From: a virus
Length of the DNA stretch: 64,000 bases
Reading direction: 5' to 3' (one strand)
IMG/VR virus record: IMGVR_UViG_3300031578_000001
The position numbers were made by a program, and so were the translations under genes. Shown piece after piece: positions 7,853-16,234 of this stretch. Under the pieces are notes generated by a model, which saw only the letters and a list, made by a program, of their open reading frames with translations, was not told the DNA's origin and ran no database searches. Position 1 is the stretch's first letter. Every line of letters starts with the position of its first letter.

Positions 7853-8186
7853 ACCAACCTCTCTATGTGCGTGGGTTAGACGCTCGAACTTCACGTTAGT
7901 CTTCCCACGGCATCCAGTCTCCCCCATGTGCGTGGGTTAGACTCCTCGATGCTGATCCGGACCGATTCGGCGCCCCAGTCCTCCCCGTGTGCGTGGGTTA
8001 GACAGACCGACGTTTTGGGATTCGCCCGAGAAGCGCCAGTCCTCCCCGTGTGCGTGGGTTAGACCATCCTGTCGTTGACGACTGCGTCAGTGGGCTCCAG
8101 TCCTCCCCGTGTGCGTGGGTTAGACATCTTGAGTAGCTTCCTCGGCTCATGGATGTGCCAGTCCTCCCCGTGTGCGTGGGTTAGAC
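7853..8186 (-). CRISPR. CRISPR mini-array: 6 repeats (29 nt), 5 spacers (32 nt)
   Basis: Repeat (minus) GTCTAACCCACGCACACGGGGAGGACTGG at 8158-8186, 8097-8125, 8036-8064 and 7975-8003 (identical). Degenerate copies at 7914-7942 and 7853-7881. Constant 61-nt period. Confidence 0.97.
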
Positions 8187-8209
8187 ACCAATATACGGTA
8201 TCCGAAGAA

Positions 8210-9496
8210 TCAGCGGATCGCAACACCAAGACCATCCTGCATGAGATTCTTTACGGCATTGGTCTCCCTTTCCTCGCTCATCCCGCATTCGTCACATACG
8301 AATATCCGTTTACTGAGCGGGAATTCTTCTTTCACGTATCCACATGAACTGCATTTCTTACTCGACGGGAAACCAGTATTCAACACCAGAAGGTCTGATC
8401 CGAATTTGGGACACTTGTATTCAAGCATTTTCCAGAAGATTCCCCATCCCTTATCGGCTATGGCGCGGCTGTACTTCTTCTGTTCAAGGAGGCGATCGAT
8501 CCTCCAGTCTTCGATGATGATCGTTCTGAAGTTCTTAGCGAGATAGGTGGATAGTTTATTAAGGAAGTCAGCCCGTACGAATCGAACTCGGCGATGGATG
8601 AGTGCTCTTCTGGTTCTGCTTTTCTTATAGTTGTTGGATACAGGCTTCACCGGTTTCCTGTCGGGCCTCATGGGCCTTCCGAGCCTACGTCTCGCCACTT
8701 CCCTATCTACCCGTATCAGCTTCTTGAGAGCATGATCGAGAGGGGAAGGGTGATCTATCCTGTATGTATTCCCGTGGACAGATACGGATCCGTCAAATTT
8801 GTCCGAGTCCATCTCAGGCGTTTCCCCGTCAGATCGCATGATCGTGAATGGAAATTTGAGGCCGAGGTGAACGGCTATGGCTGGCCCGTTCCTCATTCCG
8901 GGTTTAGCCGATTTATCCTTGCAGCGAAATGATATATACCATCGATCCACATCACGCTTCACCGTGACACCTATGATGTCTCCTCTGGCGACGTGTGTTG
9001 TTTCTTTCGTTCTGATGGTCTTCAGTGTGGGAAGGGTTACAGATCGATCGACCGCCCTGATGGTGCGGCCGTAGAGATGGAAAGACTCCTCCGACGGAAT
9101 CGCTTTCCTCCATTTGGGGAATCCAACTTTCCTTCTCTGCCCCTTAGGCTTCTTTCGGTTCGAGAAGAACGCTGAGATTGCTTTATCGAGATCCCTGAAC
9201 GCACCTTCAACAGTGCCTCTCGCAGTTCCGAGTATTCCGACTTCGATAAGTCGCTCTTTTCCACGATCACTGTTTATCCATACTGTCCACTCCTTCTGGA
9301 GGGATATTGATTTCGGCATGCGTTCCCTATTGTCTTTCGGTAGATTGAGCCAGTCTTTGATCCTTCCGAGTGCCCAGTTCCAGGCGTATCTGGCCATTCT
9401 TGCATGGCGCTTCATTTCCGTTATCTGGGCATTGTTCGGGTCGAGTTCGTATTTGAGAACCTTGACTCGGTCTGGTTGCGCATCGGTCTTAGCCAT
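8210..9496 (-). CDS. tnpB: TnpB/Cas12f-like RNA-guided protein with predicted inactivated RuvC, CRISPR-associated
   Basis: TnpB architecture: ARYAWNWAL helix, GFPKWRK, IIIED (RuvC-II E329), W..F..MLEYK, CSSCG...CDECG Zn ribbon. RuvC-I reads AIAVHLG (D to H210) and RuvC-III reads ERETNAVKN (D to E411). Confidence 0.85.
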   Translation of the reverse strand: MAKTDAQPDRVKVLKYELDPNNAQITEMKRHARMARYAWNWALGRIKDWLNLPKDNRERMPKSISLQKEWTVWINSDRGKERLIEVGILGTARGTVEGAFRDLDKAISAFFSNRKKPKGQRRKVGFPKWRKAIPSEESFHLYGRTIRAVDRSVTLPTLKTIRTKETTHVARGDIIGVTVKRDVDRWYISFRCKDKSAKPGMRNGPAIAVHLGLKFPFTIMRSDGETPEMDSDKFDGSVSVHGNTYRIDHPSPLDHALKKLIRVDREVARRRLGRPMRPDRKPVKPVSNNYKKSRTRRALIHRRVRFVRADFLNKLSTYLAKNFRTIIIEDWRIDRLLEQKKYSRAIADKGWGIFWKMLEYKCPKFGSDLLVLNTGFPSSKKCSSCGYVKEEFPLSKRIFVCDECGMSEERETNAVKNLMQDGLGVAIR

Positions 9497-9521
9497 AGTT
9501 ACTCTCCGTGTTTCACTCTGA

Positions 9522-9626
9522 TAGCGGGGGCAGGAATCGAACCTGCGACCTCCGGTGATTACACCAATAGGTTCCCGTGGGTTCCAAAGGCGAGTGCCGG
9601 TGTGCCTACCACTGCACCACCCCGCA
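9522..9626 (-). tRNA. tRNA-like gene (initiator-tRNA-like acceptor stem) with ~32-nt insert in the anticodon arm; anticodon unresolved
   Basis: GCGGGG/CCCCGC acceptor; GTGC/GCAC D-stem; AGGTC variable loop; GCAGG-TTCGATT-CCTGC T-arm; ends A-TCA. Confidence 0.7.
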
Positions 9627-9634
9627 GTTGTTTC

Positions 9635-9979
9635 CTACCCGAAGGTGATCTTGACCTCGGTCTCGGTCTTGACGACGGAGTCCGCCTTGACGTGGGCGAT
9701 GATGATGCGCTGCTTGTTGAGGCTGGCGCCGTTCTTCTTCAGCCACGCGTTCGCGTCTTTCATGTCCGTGAGACCCTTGGCGATCTCGAGCAGGACCGTG
9801 GTTCCGGCCGAGAGGGGATGCGGTTCGTCGGCCAGGATGTCGTCGTGGGCCGCGATGGGCGGAACCTTCTTCGCGATGAAGATGGAGAAGGACCCCTTCT
9901 GCTGCTTCTTGGACTTGGGGACTTCGGTGCCCTGGTCGGATTCTTCGGCCCCCGCTTTCTTCTTTTTCTTTCCTGCCAT
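9635..9979 (-). CDS. basic hypothetical protein
   Basis: Start at MAGKKKK preceded by a GAGGAG SD. Confidence 0.65.
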   Translation of the reverse strand: MAGKKKKKAGAEESDQGTEVPKSKKQQKGSFSIFIAKKVPPIAAHDDILADEPHPLSAGTTVLLEIAKGLTDMKDANAWLKKNGASLNKQRIIIAHVKADSVVKTETEVKITFG

Positions 9980-10063
9980 GGTTAGGTTCTCCTCGCTGCT
10001 GGGACTTGGGTTACTTGTCACGGAGTGCCCGAAGGATATCCTTCGCAGACACCCCACTCTCGA

Positions 10064-10405
10064 TCAGGAATTCAACTTCTGGGTTGACCTGAACTCCGCC
10101 ATGGACTTCCTCGTCATCTCTCTAACGAGAACGGCGTACGCTGTGTGGCCGTGCTGCCGGAGAAGTTCTGCACGATCCAACGCTTCCATGGCCTTCTTGA
10201 AGTCCAATTCAGGATTGGGCCAGGTTTGCGGGATCAGTTTGCCGTCGCTCATTACACCCATGTAGACATTGACGAGTGTGCTTCCATGGCGCCTCTCGAG
10301 CTCCGTGGTGCAGAGGTTACAGAGCCTGGTCTTATTCTTCTTCCCTGGCTCCACCAGGTAGGCGTCGGCGCATCTGGGGCAGCGATTCTTCCGGTGGTTG
10401 GTCAT
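10064..10405 (-). CDS. hypothetical protein with N-terminal CxxC pairs
   Basis: 113 aa; GGAG SD. Confidence 0.65.
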   Translation of the reverse strand: MTNHRKNRCPRCADAYLVEPGKKNKTRLCNLCTTELERRHGSTLVNVYMGVMSDGKLIPQTWPNPELDFKKAMEALDRAELLRQHGHTAYAVLVREMTRKSMAEFRSTQKLNS

Positions 10406-10413
10406 GGCTCCTC

Positions 10414-10761
10414 CTACTGGTGGTACGTGGGCCTCTTACCTTTGAATTGGTTGAAGCCATTGGTCAGGGCGTGTTGTCTGTTCCTCATTCCGAGGATCCT
10501 GTGATCGAGATCGTCCAAGACCTCGTCGAGTTCTTCCTTGTTCGAGATGAGGTAATAGCCTTCGGAACACGATCCGATGGGAAGGTGATCCTCCTCGATC
10601 ATAGGCTTGATGACATCGAGACGGAGAGACTCGGACGTGATCCCTCCAGGGAGGCCGAGTGCTCACGAGAGTTCGGCGGCTACGATGGCGTTGTCCTTTC
10701 CCGTCCCGAGCAGGGCCAGGAGTCTTGCCCGGATCTTTGGTGGAAGAGTTTTCTGTTTCAA
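10414..10761 (-). pseudogene. winged-HTH DNA-binding protein interrupted by an in-frame TGA (codon 33, 10663-10665)
   Basis: TTG start with GGAG SD. NAIVAAELS*ALGL...LPIGSCSEGYYLISNKEEL reads as one HTH-type protein across the TGA. Confidence 0.6.
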
Positions 10762-10774
10762 TGTTCTGCTCCTA

Positions 10775-11101
10775 TCAGGGCTTGATGACCCTCTCGTCCG
10801 AGTTCTCGTCGGTGAACTCGATGAACCATTTGCATCCGATCTGGAAAGTGTCACCGATCGACATTTCCTTGTTCCCCCAGGCTCCGAGCACATACTCGGC
10901 AGCCGCCTTGGCGGCTTTGGCTTCGCCCATCGTCATGAAGGGACCCATTCGCTGGGGGTGTGTGTCTGTGACTTTGATGATGTCGAACTGGGTGTCGCAT
11001 CTGAAACATCGGAAGCAGAACCTCTCGCTCTTTTCTTCCTCGAGGGCGACGTTCCACTTGCAAAGCGGGCATAGGGTATCCGATCTCGGATCCTTGGCCA
11101 T
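10775..11101 (-). CDS. Zn-ribbon hypothetical protein
   Basis: MAKDPRSDTLCPLC...CFRC; GGAGGAG SD. Confidence 0.6.
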   Translation of the reverse strand: MAKDPRSDTLCPLCKWNVALEEEKSERFCFRCFRCDTQFDIIKVTDTHPQRMGPFMTMGEAKAAKAAAEYVLGAWGNKEMSIGDTFQIGCKWFIEFTDENSDERVIKP

Positions 11102-11109
11102 GGCTCCTC

Positions 11110-11274
11110 CTATCTGAACTCGCCGGCTACAGGAACGATGTATTCGTTCCCGCACTTGTGTCTCTTGGCCTCCTCCTCCGACTCGAACGTCTGGGCCTTC
11201 TGTAGGCACGTCGTGTACGACCCAGGGCTTCCGTGCTTGGCCACGTACAGGTTTCCCTTCTTGATGACGTACAT
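11110..11274 (-). CDS. small hypothetical protein
   Basis: 54 aa (MYVIKKGNLYV...), coupled to the upstream stop; not in the ORF track. Confidence 0.55.
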   Translation of the reverse strand: MYVIKKGNLYVAKHGSPGSYTTCLQKAQTFESEEEAKRHKCGNEYIVPVAGEFR

Positions 11275-11582
11275 CAGCCCTCCTTTTCTGGATCAGGGAC
11301 CCATACCCAGGCCTGGACCCACACTCCTCCGTCTCCACCGATGCTCAGGCGGGCGCCATCGTCAACCTCGATGTTGTCATCGCTCGGGTCGGCATACCGT
11401 TTCCTGGCCTCTTTCACGCGCCTCTCCTTCTCTTCGGATGTGAGGCTATCGTCTTTGCAGATCGTGTAAAGGGTCTCTCCACACTCGTTGCAGACTATGG
11501 CGATGCCCTGTCCGGCCTTGATTTCGATTCCGAGGCCGTGCTCGTCGTGCTCGAAAATCTTATCAACGTCGGTTTCATTCAT
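11274..11582 (-). CDS. hypothetical protein
   Basis: Start at MNETDVDK, coupled to the upstream gene. Confidence 0.55.
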   Translation of the reverse strand: MNETDVDKIFEHDEHGLGIEIKAGQGIAIVCNECGETLYTICKDDSLTSEEKERRVKEARKRYADPSDDNIEVDDGARLSIGGDGGVWVQAWVWVPDPEKEG

Positions 11583-11881
11583 TTCTTGATTTCCTTTCCT
11601 GTGGAGGGTGCTTCCGTCTCCTGGCCATCGGGTCCGAGGCAGTAGGGAATCATATTCTCGCAGAGCATGATCGCCATCGGTACGACCTGGAATGATCCGT
11701 CCTCGTCGGGATATGAGCATGCGAGGAAGGCCACCTCTTCATCCTTGTAGGTGCCCTGTACGAGGCACAGTCCGGTGTACTTTTCCTGATCGTTGGAGTT
11801 GCCTTTAGCGAGCATATCGAAGTTACTCCTGGCCATGTCGAATCTTTGGATGAGAAGATTCTTAGAAATTTCAAATCCCAT
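11579..11881 (-). CDS. hypothetical protein
   Basis: Start at MGFEISK with an AGAGGGG SD. Confidence 0.6.
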   Translation of the reverse strand: MGFEISKNLLIQRFDMARSNFDMLAKGNSNDQEKYTGLCLVQGTYKDEEVAFLACSYPDEDGSFQVVPMAIMLCENMIPYCLGPDGQETEAPSTGKEIKK

Positions 11882-11894
11882 TGTTTCCCCTCTT

Positions 11895-11928
11895 GAAAAG
11901 AAAGCCCGGGGGACGAATCCCCCGGGCT
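11895..11928 (-). terminator. intrinsic terminator
   Basis: 11-bp stem agcccggggga/tcccccgggct; T-rich tail on the minus strand. Confidence 0.8.
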
Positions 11929-11958
11929 CAGTTCGCATGCCTGCTTCCACTTGTGGTT

Positions 11959-12408
11959 TCAGAGGCGCTGGGCCGGTTTGAGCCGACCCTTCAGTAGAAT
12001 CGTGGTCCCCCTAACCCCCTTCCCGTGCCGCAGATATTGCGTGCAGTAAGCGATCAAATCGACAGAGGTGTCCCAGTGATGCCGGACCCCGGGTCTCAGA
12101 CTCCCGGTCCAGGCGAGGAACCTCAGATCGTGCGTCTTCGTGGTAGCGAAGTACAGGTCGGTCTGATTGCCGCAGCGTTCGTCGTCGTAATTGACGGAGG
12201 TGGCTTCAAGGATGCCCGCGTCATGTGGAACGATCGTCCAGGGCGTCACGGTGAAGATCTCGGGGTGCGACATCATCTTGACGGTCTTTTCTTGGAGAGC
12301 CGGTGTCTCCGATCTCCCGTCCATCGTCGACATGGCGACGATGGCAAGCAGTCCGAAGACGAGCACCGTGATCATTACGATCAGGATGCCGATGTTGAAC
12401 ATTCGCAT
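11959..12408 (-). CDS. membrane-anchored hypothetical protein
   Basis: N-terminal hydrophobic helix; GAGGA SD. Confidence 0.65.
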   Translation of the reverse strand: MRMFNIGILIVMITVLVFGLLAIVAMSTMDGRSETPALQEKTVKMMSHPEIFTVTPWTIVPHDAGILEATSVNYDDERCGNQTDLYFATTKTHDLRFLAWTGSLRPGVRHHWDTSVDLIAYCTQYLRHGKGVRGTTILLKGRLKPAQRL

Positions 12409-12581
12409 ACAATTTCCTCCTCGGATTTGGTCTTCTTGACGGGTCTCTGCCTTCCTTACGATGTGGTATCACACGGTTCCGGTACTGGCTGCCCCCGGCT
12501 TTCTCACACAGTACACCTCCTTTCCGATGACCTAATTGGTTTTGAGTCTTTATTATGCTCTTTATAGCGTCGGATTGAAAG

Positions 12582-12914
12582 TCAGGATTCGGTGATGCTG
12601 AAGGTGAAGCCCGAGACTCCTCCTTTATCCTTCTTGCCGGCGCTGAGTCTCAGTCTGATCGTATCGGCCTCGATGAGGGTCATGAGATCGCTGATCGGTA
12701 TCTTGAGTTCATCTTTCAGATTGGAGATCATCAGAGCCGTGAGCCTGATCTTCGAGTTCGCTGATCCGAACGCCCTTCCCGCGGACCGTTGACCCTGCTC
12801 GTTGAACATGAGGCCGGCGACGACCACGCAGTCGATTTTTTCGAGTTCGTAGATGTCCTTGAGGGCGACGTTGATGGCCTCTTCTGGAGTGGATGGCTTT
12901 ACGTCTTCGCTCAT
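12582..12914 (-). CDS. hypothetical protein
   Basis: ATGA-coupled start MSEDVKP. Confidence 0.6.
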   Translation of the reverse strand: MSEDVKPSTPEEAINVALKDIYELEKIDCVVVAGLMFNEQGQRSAGRAFGSANSKIRLTALMISNLKDELKIPISDLMTLIEADTIRLRLSAGKKDKGGVSGFTFSITES

Positions 12915-13333
12915 GGTTTCCTTTCCCTCTTCAGGACGTTGATGTTCTTCAGACCCCATTCTTTCATCAGAGGCGCCTCGCTCCCGCAGGTATTGTGTCC
13001 TCCACCTTCCCAGAAGGCTGTCTGGAGATTATCGGGAATCGGGTGCAGCATCTCCCAGATTTTGCTGACTGAGTCCGGGTCAAGGTTCTTGTGCGGAAGA
13101 TGGATAGGGAGTCCGTCTGATCCGTAGGCTCCGGAGAGGACAATCTCGTGGCCACAGACCTTGGTTTGCCCCATCATCCAGGGTCCGAATTGCTTCAGGA
13201 TGACAGATCTAAGGATGGCTCGAAGTTCTGGTCGCAGTGCCTTGGATTCGGGATCCTGGCATACGACGAGGAACGATCCGCGACTGCACTGGCACCCGTC
13301 TCCGTCGTACCATCCATTTCCATCGATGAACAT
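12911..13333 (-). CDS. hypothetical protein
   Basis: TGATG-coupled start MFIDGNG. Confidence 0.6.
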   Translation of the reverse strand: MFIDGNGWYDGDGCQCSRGSFLVVCQDPESKALRPELRAILRSVILKQFGPWMMGQTKVCGHEIVLSGAYGSDGLPIHLPHKNLDPDSVSKIWEMLHPIPDNLQTAFWEGGGHNTCGSEAPLMKEWGLKNINVLKRERKP

Positions 13334-13530
13334 CAGGAACGCCTCCTCTTCTCCTCGATCACTTGGCATTTGTAGTAGGACGTACCGAGTTCGTACTTGC
13401 TCCAGTCAGGCTCGAAGCCGCCCTTGGCGATCCATTCCATCAGATCATGACACCACTGGTCTATCTCGTCGCCGCTCTTGCGCGACGATACGAACTCATC
13501 GATTCTTCTGAGACATTCGTTTGGATCCAC
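13333..13530 (-). CDS. small hypothetical protein
   Basis: 65 aa; MDPN..L....L..WI.KGGF.P.W pattern typical of small phage proteins. Confidence 0.6.
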   Translation of the reverse strand: MDPNECLRRIDEFVSSRKSGDEIDQWCHDLMEWIAKGGFEPDWSKYELGTSYYKCQVIEEKRRRS

Positions 13531-14122
13531 GCTTCTTCCCTTTCTTGAGCAGGGATGCGACGGTTCTGGACGCAGCCTCGGCGATCTTTCTCGACTCGTC
13601 CCAGGTCACTCCTGTGTCCGCTATGTTTCCGAGAATCTCTTTGATGATGGTCTCGGCGCCCGTATCTTCTGCTGGGTGACCGGAGACGACCTTCTCTACC
13701 GTCTTTTCGAGGTTCTCGACGATGGATCGCTCGATCCTTCCGGATACGGTTCTGATTGCGTACACCATGGCCTGAACGAGTTCCTTCTCCATCTCCTCAG
13801 ATGCCTTGAGGATCGCCTGGGCCATGTTTGATGGGACGGTGTATCGATTCCCGTAATCTCCGTATCCACCGATCCTGATCACGGTCGTCTCGTCGTCGGC
13901 GCTTCCGTATCTCGATTCCTTGAACTTGAGGGCGCGGAACAGCGGGCGAAGGACCCTCTCGAAGGTGCCCCTGATGCGGACGATAGTGGGCTCTCCGCGG
14001 AACATCTCTTCGCGTTCCTCGTACGCGTTGACGGTCACCTTGAGTGTTTCGATCATGCACCAGGGGCATCCTCTGTCATCTCTGAGATATTCCGGGTGCA
14101 CGCTGCATCTGCGCTTTCTCAC
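13496..14122 (-). CDS. hypothetical protein
   Basis: 208 aa; AAGGAGG SD. Confidence 0.6.
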   Translation of the reverse strand: MRKRRCSVHPEYLRDDRGCPWCMIETLKVTVNAYEEREEMFRGEPTIVRIRGTFERVLRPLFRALKFKESRYGSADDETTVIRIGGYGDYGNRYTVPSNMAQAILKASEEMEKELVQAMVYAIRTVSGRIERSIVENLEKTVEKVVSGHPAEDTGAETIIKEILGNIADTGVTWDESRKIAEAASRTVASLLKKGKKRGSKRMSQKNR

Positions 14123-14131
14123 CTGCCCTCC

Positions 14132-14398
14132 TTACTTGGCCAGCGGGACGTAATTGTCGATCGGTTCGATCTCGAGCTTCAGACCGAGTGCTCTGCAACA
14201 GGACTCGATCGTGAAATAGGAGGGCTTCGATGTTCTTCCCCTGAACAGACGCAGGACGGTGGCCGGAGCCAGGAAGGCTTTTTCGGCGAGGCCGGATGGG
14301 GATAGTCCCTGTCTCTTCATTCCCGTCTCGATGTCCCGAACCTTGGCGATGAGTTCTATCGTTCTACGGAGATTTTCCATACTTGCACCAGTTTCCAT
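14132..14398 (-). CDS. XRE-family HTH transcriptional regulator
   Basis: GLSPSGLAEKAFLAPATVLRLFRG...TIESCCRALGLKL. Confidence 0.7.
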   Translation of the reverse strand: METGASMENLRRTIELIAKVRDIETGMKRQGLSPSGLAEKAFLAPATVLRLFRGRTSKPSYFTIESCCRALGLKLEIEPIDNYVPLAK

Positions 14399-14718
14399 GA
14401 TCTGCCTCTTAGTTAATGAAGCGGACTGTAGAATTAACAAATGAGGACGGGGGAGCATTTTCGGCGTTTGTACCTGACCGAGGTCAGGCCACGTAGGTTT
14501 CCCATCGTGATACCGAGACGATCCCTCGCGTCACCTGTCCCGCTTTCGCGGCGTCCTCAAGAATGCAAAACCTCTCGGGGAGCAAATGAGGGTTTGTTGG
14601 AAGGCCTGTCGCACGGAGGCGCCCCGAGAGGAGATTAAACCGGTGGAGAAGTGGCCGTCAGGATCATTACATTCTCGCAGCTCATGATCTGCCCGCCTGC
14701 CGGCACCGGTCTCATGTT

Positions 14719-16170
14719 CTACAAACCGAGGTTTCCCAGCTGGTATCCGAGCCAGAGCGCATGGCCCACATCGGACACCAGGCGCTCTTCGATGATCGTG
14801 TCCAGGATCTCCTGGCGTGAGCCTACGATTTCCAGGATAGCCGGACCGTTCGGGGCCATGAGGGTAGCCTTGAACTCGTAGTTAGGGGCATGATCGAACG
14901 TCCATTGGCCTTTTTCGTCCCACCATTCCCGCACCCTCCGGTGCTTCTCCACGATCTCGAGAGCCGGAGCCCAGTCGCGTTCGTAGATGTGGGCCGACTG
15001 GGAGATGATGGTGAGGTCGCCGAGAGCGTAGCGCTTGTCGTCCTGGTAATCGCCCTTGCAGGCCGCGGTCAGAGTTCTCACGAGATCCTGTAACCTCATC
15101 AGGCCATACGCATTCTCCGGCCATCCGAAGTACATATCGTTGGACCTGATGGTGGCCGTCATATGGAGGGCGCCGTTCATGATCCTGAACCAGAGATGGT
15201 TCAGGCACGGACTATGCTTCCTCGTCCACTTCGGATCCCAGAGGCTGATGACCGCGGATCGTGAGGACTCATCTTTAGCCAGCTTCTGTGCTACCTTCTG
15301 GATCTGATCGACGCCGAAATAGCCTCGGATCAGGTTACCGTACGTGTAGGTCACGTCCTGGTCCTCGAAGTTGGTGATGAGCTTCGGATAGTAGGCTTCC
15401 AGGTGATCGTGATCGAATGGAATGTACTCCGGGATATCACCTGGTTCAACTTTCAGTTTCTGATCGCTGATCACGACGGCGAGGTTCATGAGTTCCCTGC
15501 TTGGTTCACCGTAGTGGGTGTCGATCACGGTGCCGAATTTCATGATCTGGTAGAGTAACTCCAGGTAGCCCTCTTCAATGGTCTTGACCCGGATGGGGTG
15601 GAGGTTGTTCGGAGATGGGTAGGCGATCGGGTTGATCCTTGGAGGGGCTATCTCGGTCGCCGGCATGTCCCTTGGGTCGTCGCTGGTGAAGCGCGGGTCG
15701 GTCAGGGTGCTCACGAGGAGTTCGGCCTTTCTGAGTTCCACGACCTTGATGTTCTTGAGAAGTGTGACGATCATGCTGAGCGGGATGTTGTCCCAGATTC
15801 TGATGCTGTTCCAGTCGGGCTCGTCGATCGTGTAGTAGTTGTCCTTGTGGACGAGGCTCTCTGGACGCCTCTTCATCTCGAGGAATGCCTCGCTCGCCCC
15901 CGATAGGTCTGGGCCACAGAATATGATGTTCCGGATGGAAGGGGCCGCGAGCAGGTTTCGGATCATGATGTCGATCCCACGGGAGGCCGTATAGAGGTTC
16001 CCGATGATCGCGATGTTCGCGAGGGGGCTGTCCTCGCCCACGGTCTTGCGCCACGCCTCGTCGAGCTTGCTGAGGAAGACTTCCCTCTGTGCCCACCCGC
16101 ACACCACTGCGATCGATGATTTTCTGTTCCCGACGATGACCTGGTCAGGGAGGAACGGAGGCCACTTCAT
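14719..16170 (-). CDS. thyA: thymidylate synthase fused to an N-terminal MtrA-like domain and a C-terminal DUF4346-like domain
   Basis: SRSAVISLW, catalytic SPCL, RSNDMYFGWPEN and QSAHIYERD motifs. N-terminus IAIIGNLYT..GI..MIRNLLAAP.IR.IIFCG.D; C-terminus HALWLGYQLG. Confidence 0.75.
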   Translation of the reverse strand: MKWPPFLPDQVIVGNRKSSIAVVCGWAQREVFLSKLDEAWRKTVGEDSPLANIAIIGNLYTASRGIDIMIRNLLAAPSIRNIIFCGPDLSGASEAFLEMKRRPESLVHKDNYYTIDEPDWNSIRIWDNIPLSMIVTLLKNIKVVELRKAELLVSTLTDPRFTSDDPRDMPATEIAPPRINPIAYPSPNNLHPIRVKTIEEGYLELLYQIMKFGTVIDTHYGEPSRELMNLAVVISDQKLKVEPGDIPEYIPFDHDHLEAYYPKLITNFEDQDVTYTYGNLIRGYFGVDQIQKVAQKLAKDESSRSAVISLWDPKWTRKHSPCLNHLWFRIMNGALHMTATIRSNDMYFGWPENAYGLMRLQDLVRTLTAACKGDYQDDKRYALGDLTIISQSAHIYERDWAPALEIVEKHRRVREWWDEKGQWTFDHAPNYEFKATLMAPNGPAILEIVGSRQEILDTIIEERLVSDVGHALWLGYQLGNLGL

Positions 16171-16234
16171 GAAAAAACCTTTCATACGAAAAAACCCGAT
16201 GCACTTGGCATCGGGTACAGGAGGACGACGGCTT

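Noticed and set aside
7853-9496. Complete type I-E CRISPR-Cas system
   Set aside because: No cas1, cas2, cas3, cas6 or Cascade genes are recognisable anywhere in the window.
7585-9626. IS200/IS605 or IS607 transposon interpretation of the tnpB gene
   Set aside because: No tnpA or serine recombinase is adjacent, the 3' flank is a CRISPR array rather than an IS right end, and RuvC is substituted.
9522-9626. tRNA-Sec or opal-suppressor identity for the tRNA-like element
   Set aside because: It has 7/5 acceptor/T geometry and a short variable loop. A TCA anticodon arises only from an arbitrary splice choice that gives a non-canonical loop.
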